Shown piece after piece: positions 20,264-30,226 of a DNA stretch of 64,000 nucleotides. The DNA is from Myxococcota bacterium. GTDB lineage: Bacteria; Myxococcota; SpSt-1050. The stretch lies in the NCBI GenBank assembly GCA_049969675.1, contig JBMFOP010000001.1, positions 32,001-96,000 on the forward strand, given 5' to 3'. The notes below the pieces were generated by a model. The model was not told the DNA's origin and did no database searches. It saw only the letters and a list, made by a program, of their open reading frames with translations. The first letter of the stretch is position 1, and each line of letters begins with the position of its first letter. Both the position numbers and the translations under genes were made by a program.

Positions 20264-20809
20264 TTATTTCATATTGTGAATTATAGTCTTTAAGGCATCA
20301 TCTTTAGATTTATTATAATTGGAAATTAATTCAATATTTCTCTCTTCCATATGCATCTGGTCAATAAGTTTTTGCATAAGCGCCGGATTTTCATTTAATG
20401 CCTTAAGTAATTTTTCATCTCCATTTCTAAATGCAATAAGGAGTTCTGTTCCGCTCTTCTTTGAATAATCCTCAGTTGATTGATTGGTAGTAGAATTATT
20501 GGCGTTTGTTGTGGAGTTGGTCTGATTATCTGATGATGTTTTATTGGTTGGTGAAGCGGTTGTGTTAGTTGATTCATTGGAATAGTCTCTTGCCTTTGCC
20601 GGAGCAGCTTTCCATTTCCTCTTATGATCCTTTGCCTTTGCCGGAGCGGGTTTAAAATGCATCTTGCCGTTGTTCTCAACCAGGTCATCTGAGTTTGACT
20701 GGTTTACATTACCGTTAGGAGATGGCGTCTGATATACACCATTCTCATAAGTCATCTCTGAATCGGTCGTGTAATTGTTTGTGTTGGTCCCTGTTACTGT
20801 TGTACTCAT
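20264..20809 (-). CDS. Protein with a T3SS needle/rod-like (SctF/SctI) C-terminus and long Ser/Thr/Asn-rich N-terminus
   Basis: Last 41 aa align without gaps to the PrgI C-terminus as I recall it (PAL...SNxxKxxxDxxxxIIxN); strong RBS AGGAGG. Confidence 0.6.
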   Translation of the reverse strand: MSTTVTGTNTNNYTTDSEMTYENGVYQTPSPNGNVNQSNSDDLVENNGKMHFKPAPAKAKDHKRKWKAAPAKARDYSNESTNTTASPTNKTSSDNQTNSTTNANNSTTNQSTEDYSKKSGTELLIAFRNGDEKLLKALNENPALMQKLIDQMHMEERNIELISNYNKSKDDALKTIIHNMK

Positions 20810-20876
20810 AACTTTCCTCCTTTAAATTGTTGAAAAAAAATGTTAATAAAAAAACCATCATACTTTATTTTAGCTC

Positions 20877-20891
20877 TCAATTTGTGTGCCA
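20877..20891 (-). promoter_or_regulatory. Sigma54 (-24/-12) promoter of the 20809-18553 operon
   Basis: Minus strand TGGCAC-ACAAA-TTGA, about 70 bp upstream of the ATG. Confidence 0.6.
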
Positions 20892-20908
20892 GATTATAAA
20901 GGAGAGAG

Positions 20909-21334
20909 ATGAAGAGATTGGCAATAGATTATGGAAAGAGGAGGGCGGGTTTGGCGATTACAGATGATACTGGTAATGTAATAATGCCATATAAAATTAT
21001 TTACTATAAAGATAGCGAAAGTTTTATTAAACAGATAAAAGAGATCTTAAGCCAACTACAACCTGCAGAGATTGTTATGGGTCTTCCACTAAATATGAAT
21101 GGTTCAGAGTCTGAGATGTCAAAAGAGGTTAAGAGAATATCTAAAAGGATAAAGAAAGATTCAAATATTGAAATAAAATTATATGACGAGAGACTGACGA
21201 CCTTTGAGGCACAACAAATGCTGACAGAACAGGGGATCTCGGCTAAAAAACAGAAAGAGATAATTGATATGTATGCCGCATATTGTATATTGAAAGGATA
21301 TATTAACGAAGAATTGGAGAAGAGGAATGATTAA
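20909..21334 (+). CDS. ruvX: YqgF/RuvX pre-16S rRNA nuclease
   Basis: LAIDYGKRRAGLA, MGLP, DERLTT and ID..AA motifs. Confidence 0.95.
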   Translation: MKRLAIDYGKRRAGLAITDDTGNVIMPYKIIYYKDSESFIKQIKEILSQLQPAEIVMGLPLNMNGSESEMSKEVKRISKRIKKDSNIEIKLYDERLTTFEAQQMLTEQGISAKKQKEIIDMYAAYCILKGYINEELEKRND

Positions 21335-22373
21335 AAAAATATTGTTGGCTTTATTGTTTATTGTTTTGTTGTTTGTGGTCGGCTCTGTGTATCTATATAA
21401 AAGCACCAGAGAGTTTTTACAGACGCCTTATAAGAGTGAAAAAAGAGAGGTCTCTCTTAGAATTAAGAAGGGTATGAGTGATAGTGAAGTGGCAAGGCTG
21501 ATTTATGAAAAGGGACTTGTCTCCAATGAAAAGAGGTTTTATTATTTTTTGAGGTTTTTGCATAAGAAGAAAGGGCTTGAGGTGAAGTCTGGTGAATATC
21601 TTTTGAGTCCCGATATGACTCCCTGGGAGATTGCAGAGAAGATGATTAAGAGAGATGTAATCAGGTACAGGGTAACTATCCCTGAGGGACTTCGTTATGA
21701 GGAGGTGGCACAGATACTTGAGAGAGAGGGGGTTGCGATTGCAGATGAATTTATTAATCTTTGTAAGGATAGGGTATATCTCTCTTCCCTCGGCATTGAA
21801 GGTGAGAGTTGCGAGGGGTATTTGCTTCCAGATACATATATGATTGAGAAGGGACTTGATGTAAAAGAGGTCTTCAAGATTATAAATGATGAATTTAAAA
21901 AGAGGGTGGGGGCTGGTTATATAGAGAAGGCAAAGGAGATGGGTTTCAGTCTCTATCAGGTGTTGATTATTGCATCTATGATTGAGAAGGAGGCAAGGCT
22001 TGATTCAGAGAGGCCAATTATTGCGTCTGTTATCTTAAACAGATTGAAACGAGATATGGGCCTTTATATTGATGCAACTGTAATATATGGTCTGATAAGA
22101 GAGAGAGGTGGATTTAATGGGAATCTTACAAGAAAAGACCTTGATACACCGACTCGTTATAATACATATCGGGTCAAAGGACTCCCTCCAACTCCGATAT
22201 GCAATCCGGGGATTAAGAGTATCAATGCGGTATTGATGCCAGCCAGAACAAATTACCTGTATTATGTCTCAAAAAATGATGGCACGCATCATTTCTGTGA
22301 GGATATTGAATGTCACAATAAGGCTGTTAAGAGGTATCAGATTGATTATTTTAAGAAGAATAATAAGAGATGA
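21327..22373 (+). CDS. mltG: Endolytic transglycosylase MltG (YceG)
   Basis: TIPEG, EGYLLPDTY, ASMIEKE, YNTY...GLPPTPICNPG. Confidence 0.96.
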   Translation: MIKKILLALLFIVLLFVVGSVYLYKSTREFLQTPYKSEKREVSLRIKKGMSDSEVARLIYEKGLVSNEKRFYYFLRFLHKKKGLEVKSGEYLLSPDMTPWEIAEKMIKRDVIRYRVTIPEGLRYEEVAQILEREGVAIADEFINLCKDRVYLSSLGIEGESCEGYLLPDTYMIEKGLDVKEVFKIINDEFKKRVGAGYIEKAKEMGFSLYQVLIIASMIEKEARLDSERPIIASVILNRLKRDMGLYIDATVIYGLIRERGGFNGNLTRKDLDTPTRYNTYRVKGLPPTPICNPGIKSINAVLMPARTNYLYYVSKNDGTHHFCEDIECHNKAVKRYQIDYFKKNNKR

Positions 22374-22806
22374 GAGTTTTTTGTTTTTATCTTTGGTCTT
22401 TCTTATAATAGATATTAATTGCAAGAAAGAATTATCTCCTGAAGAGCAGATAAGGAAAAATATTGAGGAGATGGTTGAATATGCCAATAAAAGACATGTC
22501 GGCAAGATTATGGATTTTATTTCCAATGACTATAAAGACAGCTATGGAAATAAGAGAGATTCAATAAAGGCAATTCTTATTCAGAACCTGATGTTCAGGA
22601 AGAATGTTAAGGTCTATCTAAAAAATATAGATGTAAAGGTTGAAAATCAAATTGGATTTGCTACAATTGGGATAATTGTAAAAGAGGGGGAAGGGATAAT
22701 GCCAGATAATGCTGATATAATGAAAATAGAATTGAAATTTGCGAATATGGAGAATAATTGGTTGATTATTTCTGCGATATGGAAAGGTCACCAGAGCCCT
22801 TTCTAA
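22370..22806 (+). CDS. Putative lipoprotein with NTF2-like domain; start ambiguous (T-tract frameshift after ATG 22370, or TTG 22381)
   Basis: Hydrophobic stretch ending INC, then SPEEQIR...ISNDYKD...W.II pattern. Confidence 0.6.
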
Positions 22807-24187
22807 TGGTAGATAGATAGATAGATACAGTTGATAAAAGAAATGCAATAATTAAAGAATATTTGAATAGAGAATTGAAGATTTCGGGTGGTATCTCATT
22901 GATCTTCTCAACTTTATTCCCAAAAAGGGTAGTGCTAAAAAATGAGACTGAAATTCCTCCAATAACTGTTCCGAGGCTCATCCCAAGGTTTCTCATTGTG
23001 GCAAGTAGTCCTGTAGTGATTCCAGTATTATTCATTCCGCTAATATTTAATAATGCTGTGGTGTTGGGGCTATTGAAGATGCCAAGTCCGGATCCAATAA
23101 TTATTTGTGCGATTGATATCTGTATAAGTGCTGATTCAATCCTTGTAAGGGCTAAAAGTAACATTCCTATTGTAAGTAAAATCATACCTGTAATGCATAA
23201 TTTATAATATCCAATTTTATCACTGATATAACCTGAGACTCCAGTAGTTAAAAACATTGCAATAGATGTTATACTCATAATAAAACCGGTCTGTTGTGGT
23301 TCAAGGTTCAGGACAAGTTTGAGATAAAATGGTATAAGAAAATTGGAGATGGAGAGTGCTGTATATCCAATCAGAAGTGAAAATAATCCACCATAATATG
23401 CTGGTATCTTTATTAGATTTATAGGGAAGAATGATTTATCAACTTTGATTTCATGCTTTATTAAAATTAGAATTAAAATTATTCCTATCAAAAGCATAAA
23501 AAGTGAAATTGTGGTAGAATTGCTGTGCGATAACATTGACATTGATATAAGAATAAGTGGGATGGATAATGACCAGAGCAGCATACCATAAATATCATAG
23601 TGATTCTGCTCTTCCTTTAATTGATAATTTTGCTGATAATCTACTATCCACATTATGGCTACAAAAATTATGATTGAAAAAGGAAGATTTATTAGAAATA
23701 GCCACTGCCAGCTAAGATATTGTAAAATAAGACCGCCAATTGGTGGTCCAATAATCAGTCCGAGAGAAATACCTGTAGTATGCATTCCTATTGCAAAACC
23801 ACGTTTCTCTGGTTCAAAGACACTGAGCAAAATAGCTGGACCACTTGCAACCATAAAAGATGCCCCAATTGCCTGTATAATTCTCATAGAAATTAACAGA
23901 CTTATTCTTTCACTCGGTAATACTATAAGTGATGAGACCCCAAATATGAGAGTACCAATTAGAAATATCTTTTTATGACCAAAGATATCCGCTATTTTGC
24001 CACATATGGTTAATATAGATGTAAGAACAATAAGATATACCACAAGAATCATTTGTGATTCATTCAGGCTTAGATGAAGAATTTTAGCAAGGTATGGGAG
24101 TGCAGAATTCAGTGAGCTTGAATTTATTGTTGCCATCAGGCTGGATAGACTCATTATTAGTAAGGTTGTCCATTTTTTCCCATTCAT
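22766..24187 (-). CDS. MFS drug:H+ antiporter (DHA2, EmrB/QacA-like)
   Basis: About 14 hydrophobic segments; GKIADIFGHKK motif A; GP.IGG; WLFLINLP. Confidence 0.9.
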   Translation of the reverse strand: MNGKKWTTLLIMSLSSLMATINSSSLNSALPYLAKILHLSLNESQMILVVYLIVLTSILTICGKIADIFGHKKIFLIGTLIFGVSSLIVLPSERISLLISMRIIQAIGASFMVASGPAILLSVFEPEKRGFAIGMHTTGISLGLIIGPPIGGLILQYLSWQWLFLINLPFSIIIFVAIMWIVDYQQNYQLKEEQNHYDIYGMLLWSLSIPLILISMSMLSHSNSTTISLFMLLIGIILILILIKHEIKVDKSFFPINLIKIPAYYGGLFSLLIGYTALSISNFLIPFYLKLVLNLEPQQTGFIMSITSIAMFLTTGVSGYISDKIGYYKLCITGMILLTIGMLLLALTRIESALIQISIAQIIIGSGLGIFNSPNTTALLNISGMNNTGITTGLLATMRNLGMSLGTVIGGISVSFFSTTLFGNKVEKINEIPPEIFNSLFKYSLIIAFLLSTVSIYLSTIRKGSGDLSISQK

Positions 24188-24191
24188 ATAT

Positions 24192-25070
24192 TTATTTTTT
24201 CTTTATAATCCTTATACCGAAAATACTTGTCATTCCGTCTCGTGTGTATGCATATCCCTCAGAAAAGACATAGATGAGTGTCTTCTTCGCTTTTTCATCT
24301 TTAATCTCTTCAAGGTCGGAGGTTGTATTTACTTCAAGTCTATGTTTTATTCCCGATATTGTAAATAAAGCAGATTTATTATAAGTAATTCCCATATCCA
24401 TATTGACAGAGATGGCTTTATTTATCTCGGTGAAGTTATTGCTGGTCTTGAAGAAATCTGCGGAATCTGAGAATAGGGCAAAAGTGGTGTTCTTTGTAAA
24501 TCCTGCCAGCAACCAGCTCCTGAACAGATTGTCAGACATAAACAAGATCTCCGGCATATCAAAATCTGGCTTTTCACTCTCTGCCTCTAAAAAGAGTAGG
24601 TTCCCTTTGAGCGGAGGTCCATCTTTTCCAAAGAAGGCAGTATTGATATAATACCTGTAATTTACATCATTGACTGTTTTTGTATAAGTTGCCCTTTTTT
24701 TCTGAGCAAGGGATATTATGTTGAAATTATAATTTAGATTTGATGTGCCAACCTCTATTTGATTTTGATCAAGCATCTTTATAATAATATTTTTTCTGAA
24801 CCCGAATTTTTCAAGAGGTGTATCAGATATGAAGTTATCTTCATATAGGTTCTTTATTTTATCACCTGCCAGATATTTTACAGCGATTGATGTATCTGTC
24901 TTCTCTCTGATGGAAGTGCCTCTCCTTGTTGTATCTATCAAAATTATAATCGGTTTCTTCTCTGCATCAAATCCGAGGTAAATTATCTGATTCTTGATAG
25001 TTCGGGCTGAGCTCTTACCTGATATTACAAAGATGAAAAAAATAATTACCAGAAAAAGAGACTTCTTCAT
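24192..25070 (-). CDS. Secreted hypothetical protein
   Basis: 292-aa ORF with signal peptide MKKSLFLVIIFF...SSA. Confidence 0.6.
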   Translation of the reverse strand: MKKSLFLVIIFFIFVISGKSSARTIKNQIIYLGFDAEKKPIIILIDTTRRGTSIREKTDTSIAVKYLAGDKIKNLYEDNFISDTPLEKFGFRKNIIIKMLDQNQIEVGTSNLNYNFNIISLAQKKRATYTKTVNDVNYRYYINTAFFGKDGPPLKGNLLFLEAESEKPDFDMPEILFMSDNLFRSWLLAGFTKNTTFALFSDSADFFKTSNNFTEINKAISVNMDMGITYNKSALFTISGIKHRLEVNTTSDLEEIKDEKAKKTLIYVFSEGYAYTRDGMTSIFGIRIIKKK

Positions 25071-25133
25071 TATACAATTCCCTCACCCCATTAAATACTA
25101 TATTGACTGTTCTAATTTTGCAATCATAGAGGT

Positions 25134-26048
25134 TTATTCATTTGTTGGCAAAACTTTTGGCACTACTGATAGTATATTGGCAATCTGCTCCTCCTCTTTG
25201 ATATCAGAAGGGATATCAACTATCTCATAATTTGCCAGACTGGATAATATCTTTGCGATTAGTTCATGGTTGATACTATGTCCAGCCTTATAAAACTCAA
25301 ATTCACCCACGACCTTATATCCGATAAGAGATATGTCACCCAATGCATCCAGTATCTTATGTCTTACAAATTCATCTATGTATCTGAGAGGCTTATCATT
25401 TAGTATCTTGAAGTCATCCACAACAATTGCATTCTCAAGGCTTCCGCCTTTAATCAATCCCATAGAGCGCATCTTCTCAATGTCCTTATATTCGCAAAAT
25501 GTCCTTGCAGGGGCTATATCATCAACAAAGGATTTTGGGTTGATATTTATAGCAAAAGTTTCTCTGCCAATTACCCTGCTTGGGAAATCTATTGTATATT
25601 TTATTCTTAATGTGTCAGACGGTCTTACTATAGCATAGGCATCATTGTATTTTATCGTTAACTGTCTTCTGATATGCAGTCCTTTTTGGTTCTTTCTCTG
25701 AATCCTTATGCCTGTTTGTAATATCTTATTGACAAATTCAGCCGCTGAGCCATCCAAGATTGGAATCTCTTCATTCTCGCTCTCTATGATGGCATTATTT
25801 ATTCCAATTGCATATAGAGTTGCAAGGAGATGTTCTGTTGTATAAATACTTTTTATGCCGTTTGATAAGGCTGAGCAGAGGTTTGCAGTAATTGAGTTTG
25901 AATGAGTGGCTTTTATAAATGAGTCTTCAATCTTAAAAGATATACCAGAATCTACATCGGCTGGCGAAATTCTTATATGATTGTATTTTCCTGAGTGTAA
26001 TCCTATTCCAGATATTTCAATAGATGATTTCAGTGTCATCTGATACAT
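25134..26048 (-). CDS. lpxC: UDP-3-O-acyl-N-acetylglucosamine deacetylase
   Basis: GIGLHSG, TEHLLA, PILDGSA, APARTF, RHKILD. Confidence 0.97.
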   Translation of the reverse strand: MYQMTLKSSIEISGIGLHSGKYNHIRISPADVDSGISFKIEDSFIKATHSNSITANLCSALSNGIKSIYTTEHLLATLYAIGINNAIIESENEEIPILDGSAAEFVNKILQTGIRIQRKNQKGLHIRRQLTIKYNDAYAIVRPSDTLRIKYTIDFPSRVIGRETFAININPKSFVDDIAPARTFCEYKDIEKMRSMGLIKGGSLENAIVVDDFKILNDKPLRYIDEFVRHKILDALGDISLIGYKVVGEFEFYKAGHSINHELIAKILSSLANYEIVDIPSDIKEEEQIANILSVVPKVLPTNE

Positions 26049-27076
26049 CAGAAAAGTGTCTCCTGTTGAATCTGATTCTTCTTTAATGGCTTTTTGTTTA
26101 AGTGTTTATATGCCAGAGTGGTTGCTATCCTTCCGCGAGGAGTTCTATTTAGGAATCCGGACTGGATGAGATAGGGCTCATATACCTCCTCAATTGTATC
26201 CTTCTCCTCGCCAATTGCGGCGGAGATGGTATCTATACCTACAGGTCCACCTCCAAATTTGTCTATTATACATTCTAAAATCCTGTAGTCCATCTTGTCA
26301 AGTCCCAGATTGTCAACTCCGAGTTGTGTGAGAGCAAAGTCAGTAACCTCCCTATCTATTACTTTCTTATCTTTGACCTGTGCAAAGTCTCTTACCCTTC
26401 TTAAAAGCCTGTTTGCAATTCTTGGTGTCCCCCTTGACCTGCTGGCTATCTCAAGTGCAGCATCATCTTCTATAGCAATTGAAAGTATTTTAGCACTCCT
26501 GATGACGATCTTTTTCAGGTCTTCAGCGCTATAAAAATCCAGTGTCTCCACATATCCAAATCTATCTCTGAGTGGTGAAGAGAGGAGTCCAGCCCTTGTC
26601 GTTGCACCGATTAATGTAAATGGTTTGAGTGGAAGATTTACAATCCTTGCATGTGCCCCCTCTCCAATAATAATATCAAAGTGGAAGTCCTCCATTGCGG
26701 GGTATAGATTTTCCTCAACTGCGGCATTTAATCTGTGAATCTCATCAATAAAAAGGACATCATTGTTGCCAAGATTGGTAAGTAGCCCTGCGAGGTCGCC
26801 TTTCTTTTCTATGGCTGGACCGGATGAGATAAATATATTTACTCCAAGTTCACCTGCAATTATATGTGCCAGTGTTGTCTTTCCGAGTCCGGGTGGGCCA
26901 CAGAGCAATATATGGTCAAGAGATTCCCTCCTCTCCTTTGCAGCCCTTGCAAATATCTTGAGATTGCTTACAATCTTCTCCTGTCCAACAAACTCCTCAA
27001 AATTTTGTGGTCTGATTGATGCCTCATATCTGGCATCATCTGCCCTTTTAATCGGTGAAATCTCTCTCGGTTCCAT
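26048..27076 (-). CDS. ruvB: Holliday junction helicase RuvB
   Basis: [38 protein letters not shown]. Confidence 0.99.
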   Translation of the reverse strand: MEPREISPIKRADDARYEASIRPQNFEEFVGQEKIVSNLKIFARAAKERRESLDHILLCGPPGLGKTTLAHIIAGELGVNIFISSGPAIEKKGDLAGLLTNLGNNDVLFIDEIHRLNAAVEENLYPAMEDFHFDIIIGEGAHARIVNLPLKPFTLIGATTRAGLLSSPLRDRFGYVETLDFYSAEDLKKIVIRSAKILSIAIEDDAALEIASRSRGTPRIANRLLRRVRDFAQVKDKKVIDREVTDFALTQLGVDNLGLDKMDYRILECIIDKFGGGPVGIDTISAAIGEEKDTIEEVYEPYLIQSGFLNRTPRGRIATTLAYKHLNKKPLKKNQIQQETLF

Positions 27077-27082
27077 AATAAA

Positions 27083-27679
27083 TTAAACAGACTTAATAAT
27101 ATTCAGTGCCTCTTTAAAAAGAGTATTAAAGTCATTATTACCTATATTTTTCAAATTGGCAATAGCTTTTTCAGCCTGATTCGGTTTATAACCGAGATTT
27201 ATAAGGGCGGAGAAGAGTTCCTCTTTAATGGCGTTATCTATCTCGCCCGTCTTTACCGGTGTAACTGTAATAAGTTCACTGAGTTTCTCTTTTAATTCAA
27301 GGATTATCTTCTCTGCTGTCTTCTTCCCTATACCGGGCACAGAGGATAAGAATCTGATATCCCCACCTGCAATAGCATTTATAATGTTCTGAAAGGACTC
27401 TCTGGATAAAATTGCAATTGCCTTCCTGGGACCAATATCTGAGACTGAGATAAGATACTTGAATAATCTGAGCTCTGCCTCCTCCAGAAAGCCAAAGAGT
27501 GTAATCTGGTCTTCTCTGACATATAGATATGTGTGAATCCTGATTTTTGACTCTTCTATCTGGAATCTCTCAATAATATTTTGAGGGCATAGTATCTCAA
27601 ATACAACTCCAGCATCAGTCTCTATATATATTGCAGCATCAGTTTTCTTAATAGGTCTTCCAATAATCTGTGCAATCAT
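27083..27679 (-). CDS. ruvA: Holliday junction branch-migration protein RuvA
   Basis: VRED..LFGF, HhH motif VPGIGKKTAEKIILELK, AL.NLGY. Confidence 0.97.
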   Translation of the reverse strand: MIAQIIGRPIKKTDAAIYIETDAGVVFEILCPQNIIERFQIEESKIRIHTYLYVREDQITLFGFLEEAELRLFKYLISVSDIGPRKAIAILSRESFQNIINAIAGGDIRFLSSVPGIGKKTAEKIILELKEKLSELITVTPVKTGEIDNAIKEELFSALINLGYKPNQAEKAIANLKNIGNNDFNTLFKEALNIIKSV

Positions 27680-28149
27680 ACTGATACTCCTCTGAATGCA
27701 CCTGAAATGGCAATTGCCAATGCATCCGCTGCATCCTCGTACGGTATTTCCGGGAGATTCAGTATTATTCTAACCATCTCCTGAACCTGATTCTTGGAGG
27801 CATTCCCGTTGCCACAGACAGACTTCTTTACCTCCCTTGGAGATAGCTCAACGACTCTCAGATTGAATCTGACAAATGCCAGTATAGCCGCCGTCCTTGC
27901 AGATGTAAGCATTATGGTAGAGTGGATATTCTTTGCATAAAATGCGGTCTCCATACAGACTACATCAGGTGAGAATCTCTTAATCAGATCTTCGGATCTG
28001 TCGTAGATATTTGATAGTTTTTCAAAGTAATTATTCTTATTTTCACTAAAAATTAGACCATTATCAATATGTATAACTTTACTCCCCTCTTTTGAGATTA
28101 TTCCGTATCCACACTTATTTATTCCGGGGTCAAACCCGAGTATCTTCAT
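27676..28149 (-). CDS. ruvC: Crossover junction endodeoxyribonuclease RuvC
   Basis: ILGFDPG, GNASK.QV, DAADALAIA. Confidence 0.97.
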   Translation of the reverse strand: MKILGFDPGINKCGYGIISKEGSKVIHIDNGLIFSENKNNYFEKLSNIYDRSEDLIKRFSPDVVCMETAFYAKNIHSTIMLTSARTAAILAFVRFNLRVVELSPREVKKSVCGNGNASKNQVQEMVRIILNLPEIPYEDAADALAIAISGAFRGVSV

Positions 28150-28905
28150 CTATCTCTGTTCCTGCATTGAATTCAGCAGGTTTTCATCTATGTCAATATT
28201 TGAACTTACATTCTGGACATCGTCGTGTTCTTCCAGATTCTCAATTAATCTCAATACGGATTCTGCATCCTTATTGTCCGGTTTGACATAGTTTTGGGGG
28301 ATAAAACCTATCCTTGCGGAGATTGGAGTAATTCCCTTTGCCTTAATGGCTCCAAGAACCTTAGAATAATCCTGAACACTGGTATATACTGTATAGGTTC
28401 CATCTTCATTTATTACATCATCTGCACCTGCATTAAGAGCAAGTTCCATCAACTCATCTTCAGATATCTTATCTCCTTCAATTATTATCTCACCCTTCTT
28501 GCTGAACATCCAGCTGACACACCCCGACTCACCGAGATTACCATTGAACTTACTGAATATCTTTCTGAGCTCTGCTGTGGTTCTGTTTTTATTATCTGTG
28601 GCAGCCTCAACTATTATTGCGACGCCGGCCGCTCCATAACCTTCATATATACACTCTTCGTAATTAACACCTTCAAGTTCGCCGGTGCCTTTTTTGATTG
28701 CCCTTTCTATATTGTCTGATGGCATATTGGCATCTCTTGCCGCATCTATGGCTGTCCGGAGCCTCGGATTATTATCTGGGTTGCCACCACCCATTCGTGC
28801 TGCAATGGTTATCTCTTTTATGAGTTTGGTAAAGAGCCTTCCTCGTTTTGCATCTGCCGCGCTCTTCTTATGTTTAATGGTCGCCCATTTGCTGTGTCCG
28901 GACAT
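28150..28905 (-). CDS. yebC: YebC/PmpR family protein
   Basis: [26 protein letters not shown]. Confidence 0.98.
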   Translation of the reverse strand: MSGHSKWATIKHKKSAADAKRGRLFTKLIKEITIAARMGGGNPDNNPRLRTAIDAARDANMPSDNIERAIKKGTGELEGVNYEECIYEGYGAAGVAIIVEAATDNKNRTTAELRKIFSKFNGNLGESGCVSWMFSKKGEIIIEGDKISEDELMELALNAGADDVINEDGTYTVYTSVQDYSKVLGAIKAKGITPISARIGFIPQNYVKPDNKDAESVLRLIENLEEHDDVQNVSSNIDIDENLLNSMQEQR

Positions 28906-28916
28906 TTAATACCTCC

Positions 28917-29204
28917 TTATTTTTTATCTGTTTGAATATTTTCAGGTGGTAAAACAGAGACATAGTTTCTTTCTTTCTTTCTTATCGATCTTATCGAATA
29001 CTTTACTTTCCCATCAATCAGTGCGAAGAGTGTATAATCTCTACCCATACCTACATTATGTCCGGGGTGGATCTTTGTGCCACACTGTTTCACCAATATG
29101 TTCCCAGCCTTTACAAACTGACCATCATAAATCTTTACACCTCTATACTTTGGGTTGCTGTCTCTGCCGTTTCTACCTGCACCCTGAGCCTTCTTTCTAC
29201 CCAT
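28917..29204 (-). CDS. rpmA: 50S ribosomal protein L27
   Basis: [25 protein letters not shown]. Confidence 0.97.
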   Translation of the reverse strand: MGRKKAQGAGRNGRDSNPKYRGVKIYDGQFVKAGNILVKQCGTKIHPGHNVGMGRDYTLFALIDGKVKYSIRSIRKKERNYVSVLPPENIQTDKK

Positions 29205-29214
29205 TGTAATCCTC

Positions 29215-29529
29215 CTATCTGGATTCTATTGAGATTATCTTGATTTCGGTAAATGGTTGTCTGTGGCCTTTGAGTTTCTTAAAGCCTTTTCTCCTTTTTC
29301 GCTTAAAGACCAGAACCTTATCGGATTTGTCCTGTCTGATGATCTCGGCAACAACCTTTGTATCAGGGATTATTGGTCTTCCAATCTTTGGAGATTCTGT
29401 TCCTCCGATAAAAAGAACCTCTCTGAGTTCTATCCTTTCCCCAACATTACCGTTTAATTTTTCAACCCTGATTTTATTGCCTTCTTCAACTCTGTACTGC
29501 TTGCCACCTGTCTGAATTACTGCATACAT
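29215..29529 (-). CDS. rplU: 50S ribosomal protein L21
   Basis: [18 protein letters not shown]; start moved to ATG 29529 after RBS GGAGG. Confidence 0.98.
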   Translation of the reverse strand: MYAVIQTGGKQYRVEEGNKIRVEKLNGNVGERIELREVLFIGGTESPKIGRPIIPDTKVVAEIIRQDKSDKVLVFKRKRRKGFKKLKGHRQPFTEIKIISIESR

Positions 29530-29556
29530 ATCAATCCTCCATAAATAAGGAGTTTG

Positions 29557-29585
29557 CATATACACAATATTGTTGCTATTGTCAA
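29557..29585 (-). promoter_or_regulatory. Sigma70-type promoter of the rplU operon
   Basis: Minus strand TTGACA-17 bp-TATATG. Confidence 0.65.
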
Positions 29586-29688
29586 GCCTATCTTTTTTCA
29601 AAACATTTATAGTTCTTAAGTCTGTAATTCTTGCAAAATATCTGGTTTTGTAATATTATTGATGCCTCTTTGTGTGAAAGGAGGATTA

Positions 29689-30204
29689 ATGGGCAAGAGT
29701 CCATCAGAGATAAGGCAGGAACAGAGAAAGCCAGTAAAAGTATTTATTAATTTCAGGACAATAGACCAGTTTTATTCTGAAATAGGGACGAATCTATCTC
29801 TCGGAGGTGTATTTGTCAGGTCATCCAATCCGCTTCCGGTAGGGACCGAGATTAAGATTAGTTTTAATATCCCGCAGTTTGGCTGTTATCTGGAATCTCA
29901 GGGAGTGGTGGTGCACAATGGGACTCTGGAGAATCCAGGTATGGGTATAAAGTTTAAGGGGTTATCAGATAGGGCAAAAAAGCTATTGCAGGATGTGCTG
30001 GATCACGAATTGTTGCCGCCAGGGGAAGAGCCGTCAGATGGAGAAAAGGGTGAGAGAAAAAAGACTAAAGTTACAGTGACTGTTGAGTCTCAGAATAAAG
30101 GAATAAAAAAGGCTAAGAGTTCAAGGACTGTTAGTAAGAGAGTTTCAAAAAAGGAAATATCAAAAGATTCAAAAAAAACTAAATGTGCAAAACGAAAGAG
30201 GTAG
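29689..30204 (+). CDS. PilZ-domain protein with Lys-rich tail
   Basis: RQEQR (RxxxR) and NLSLGG (D/NxSxxG) c-di-GMP motifs; PGMGIKF. Confidence 0.85.
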   Translation: MGKSPSEIRQEQRKPVKVFINFRTIDQFYSEIGTNLSLGGVFVRSSNPLPVGTEIKISFNIPQFGCYLESQGVVVHNGTLENPGMGIKFKGLSDRAKKLLQDVLDHELLPPGEEPSDGEKGERKKTKVTVTVESQNKGIKKAKSSRTVSKRVSKKEISKDSKKTKCAKRKR

Positions 30205-30226
30205 AGTATAGTATCATAGGGTTTTA

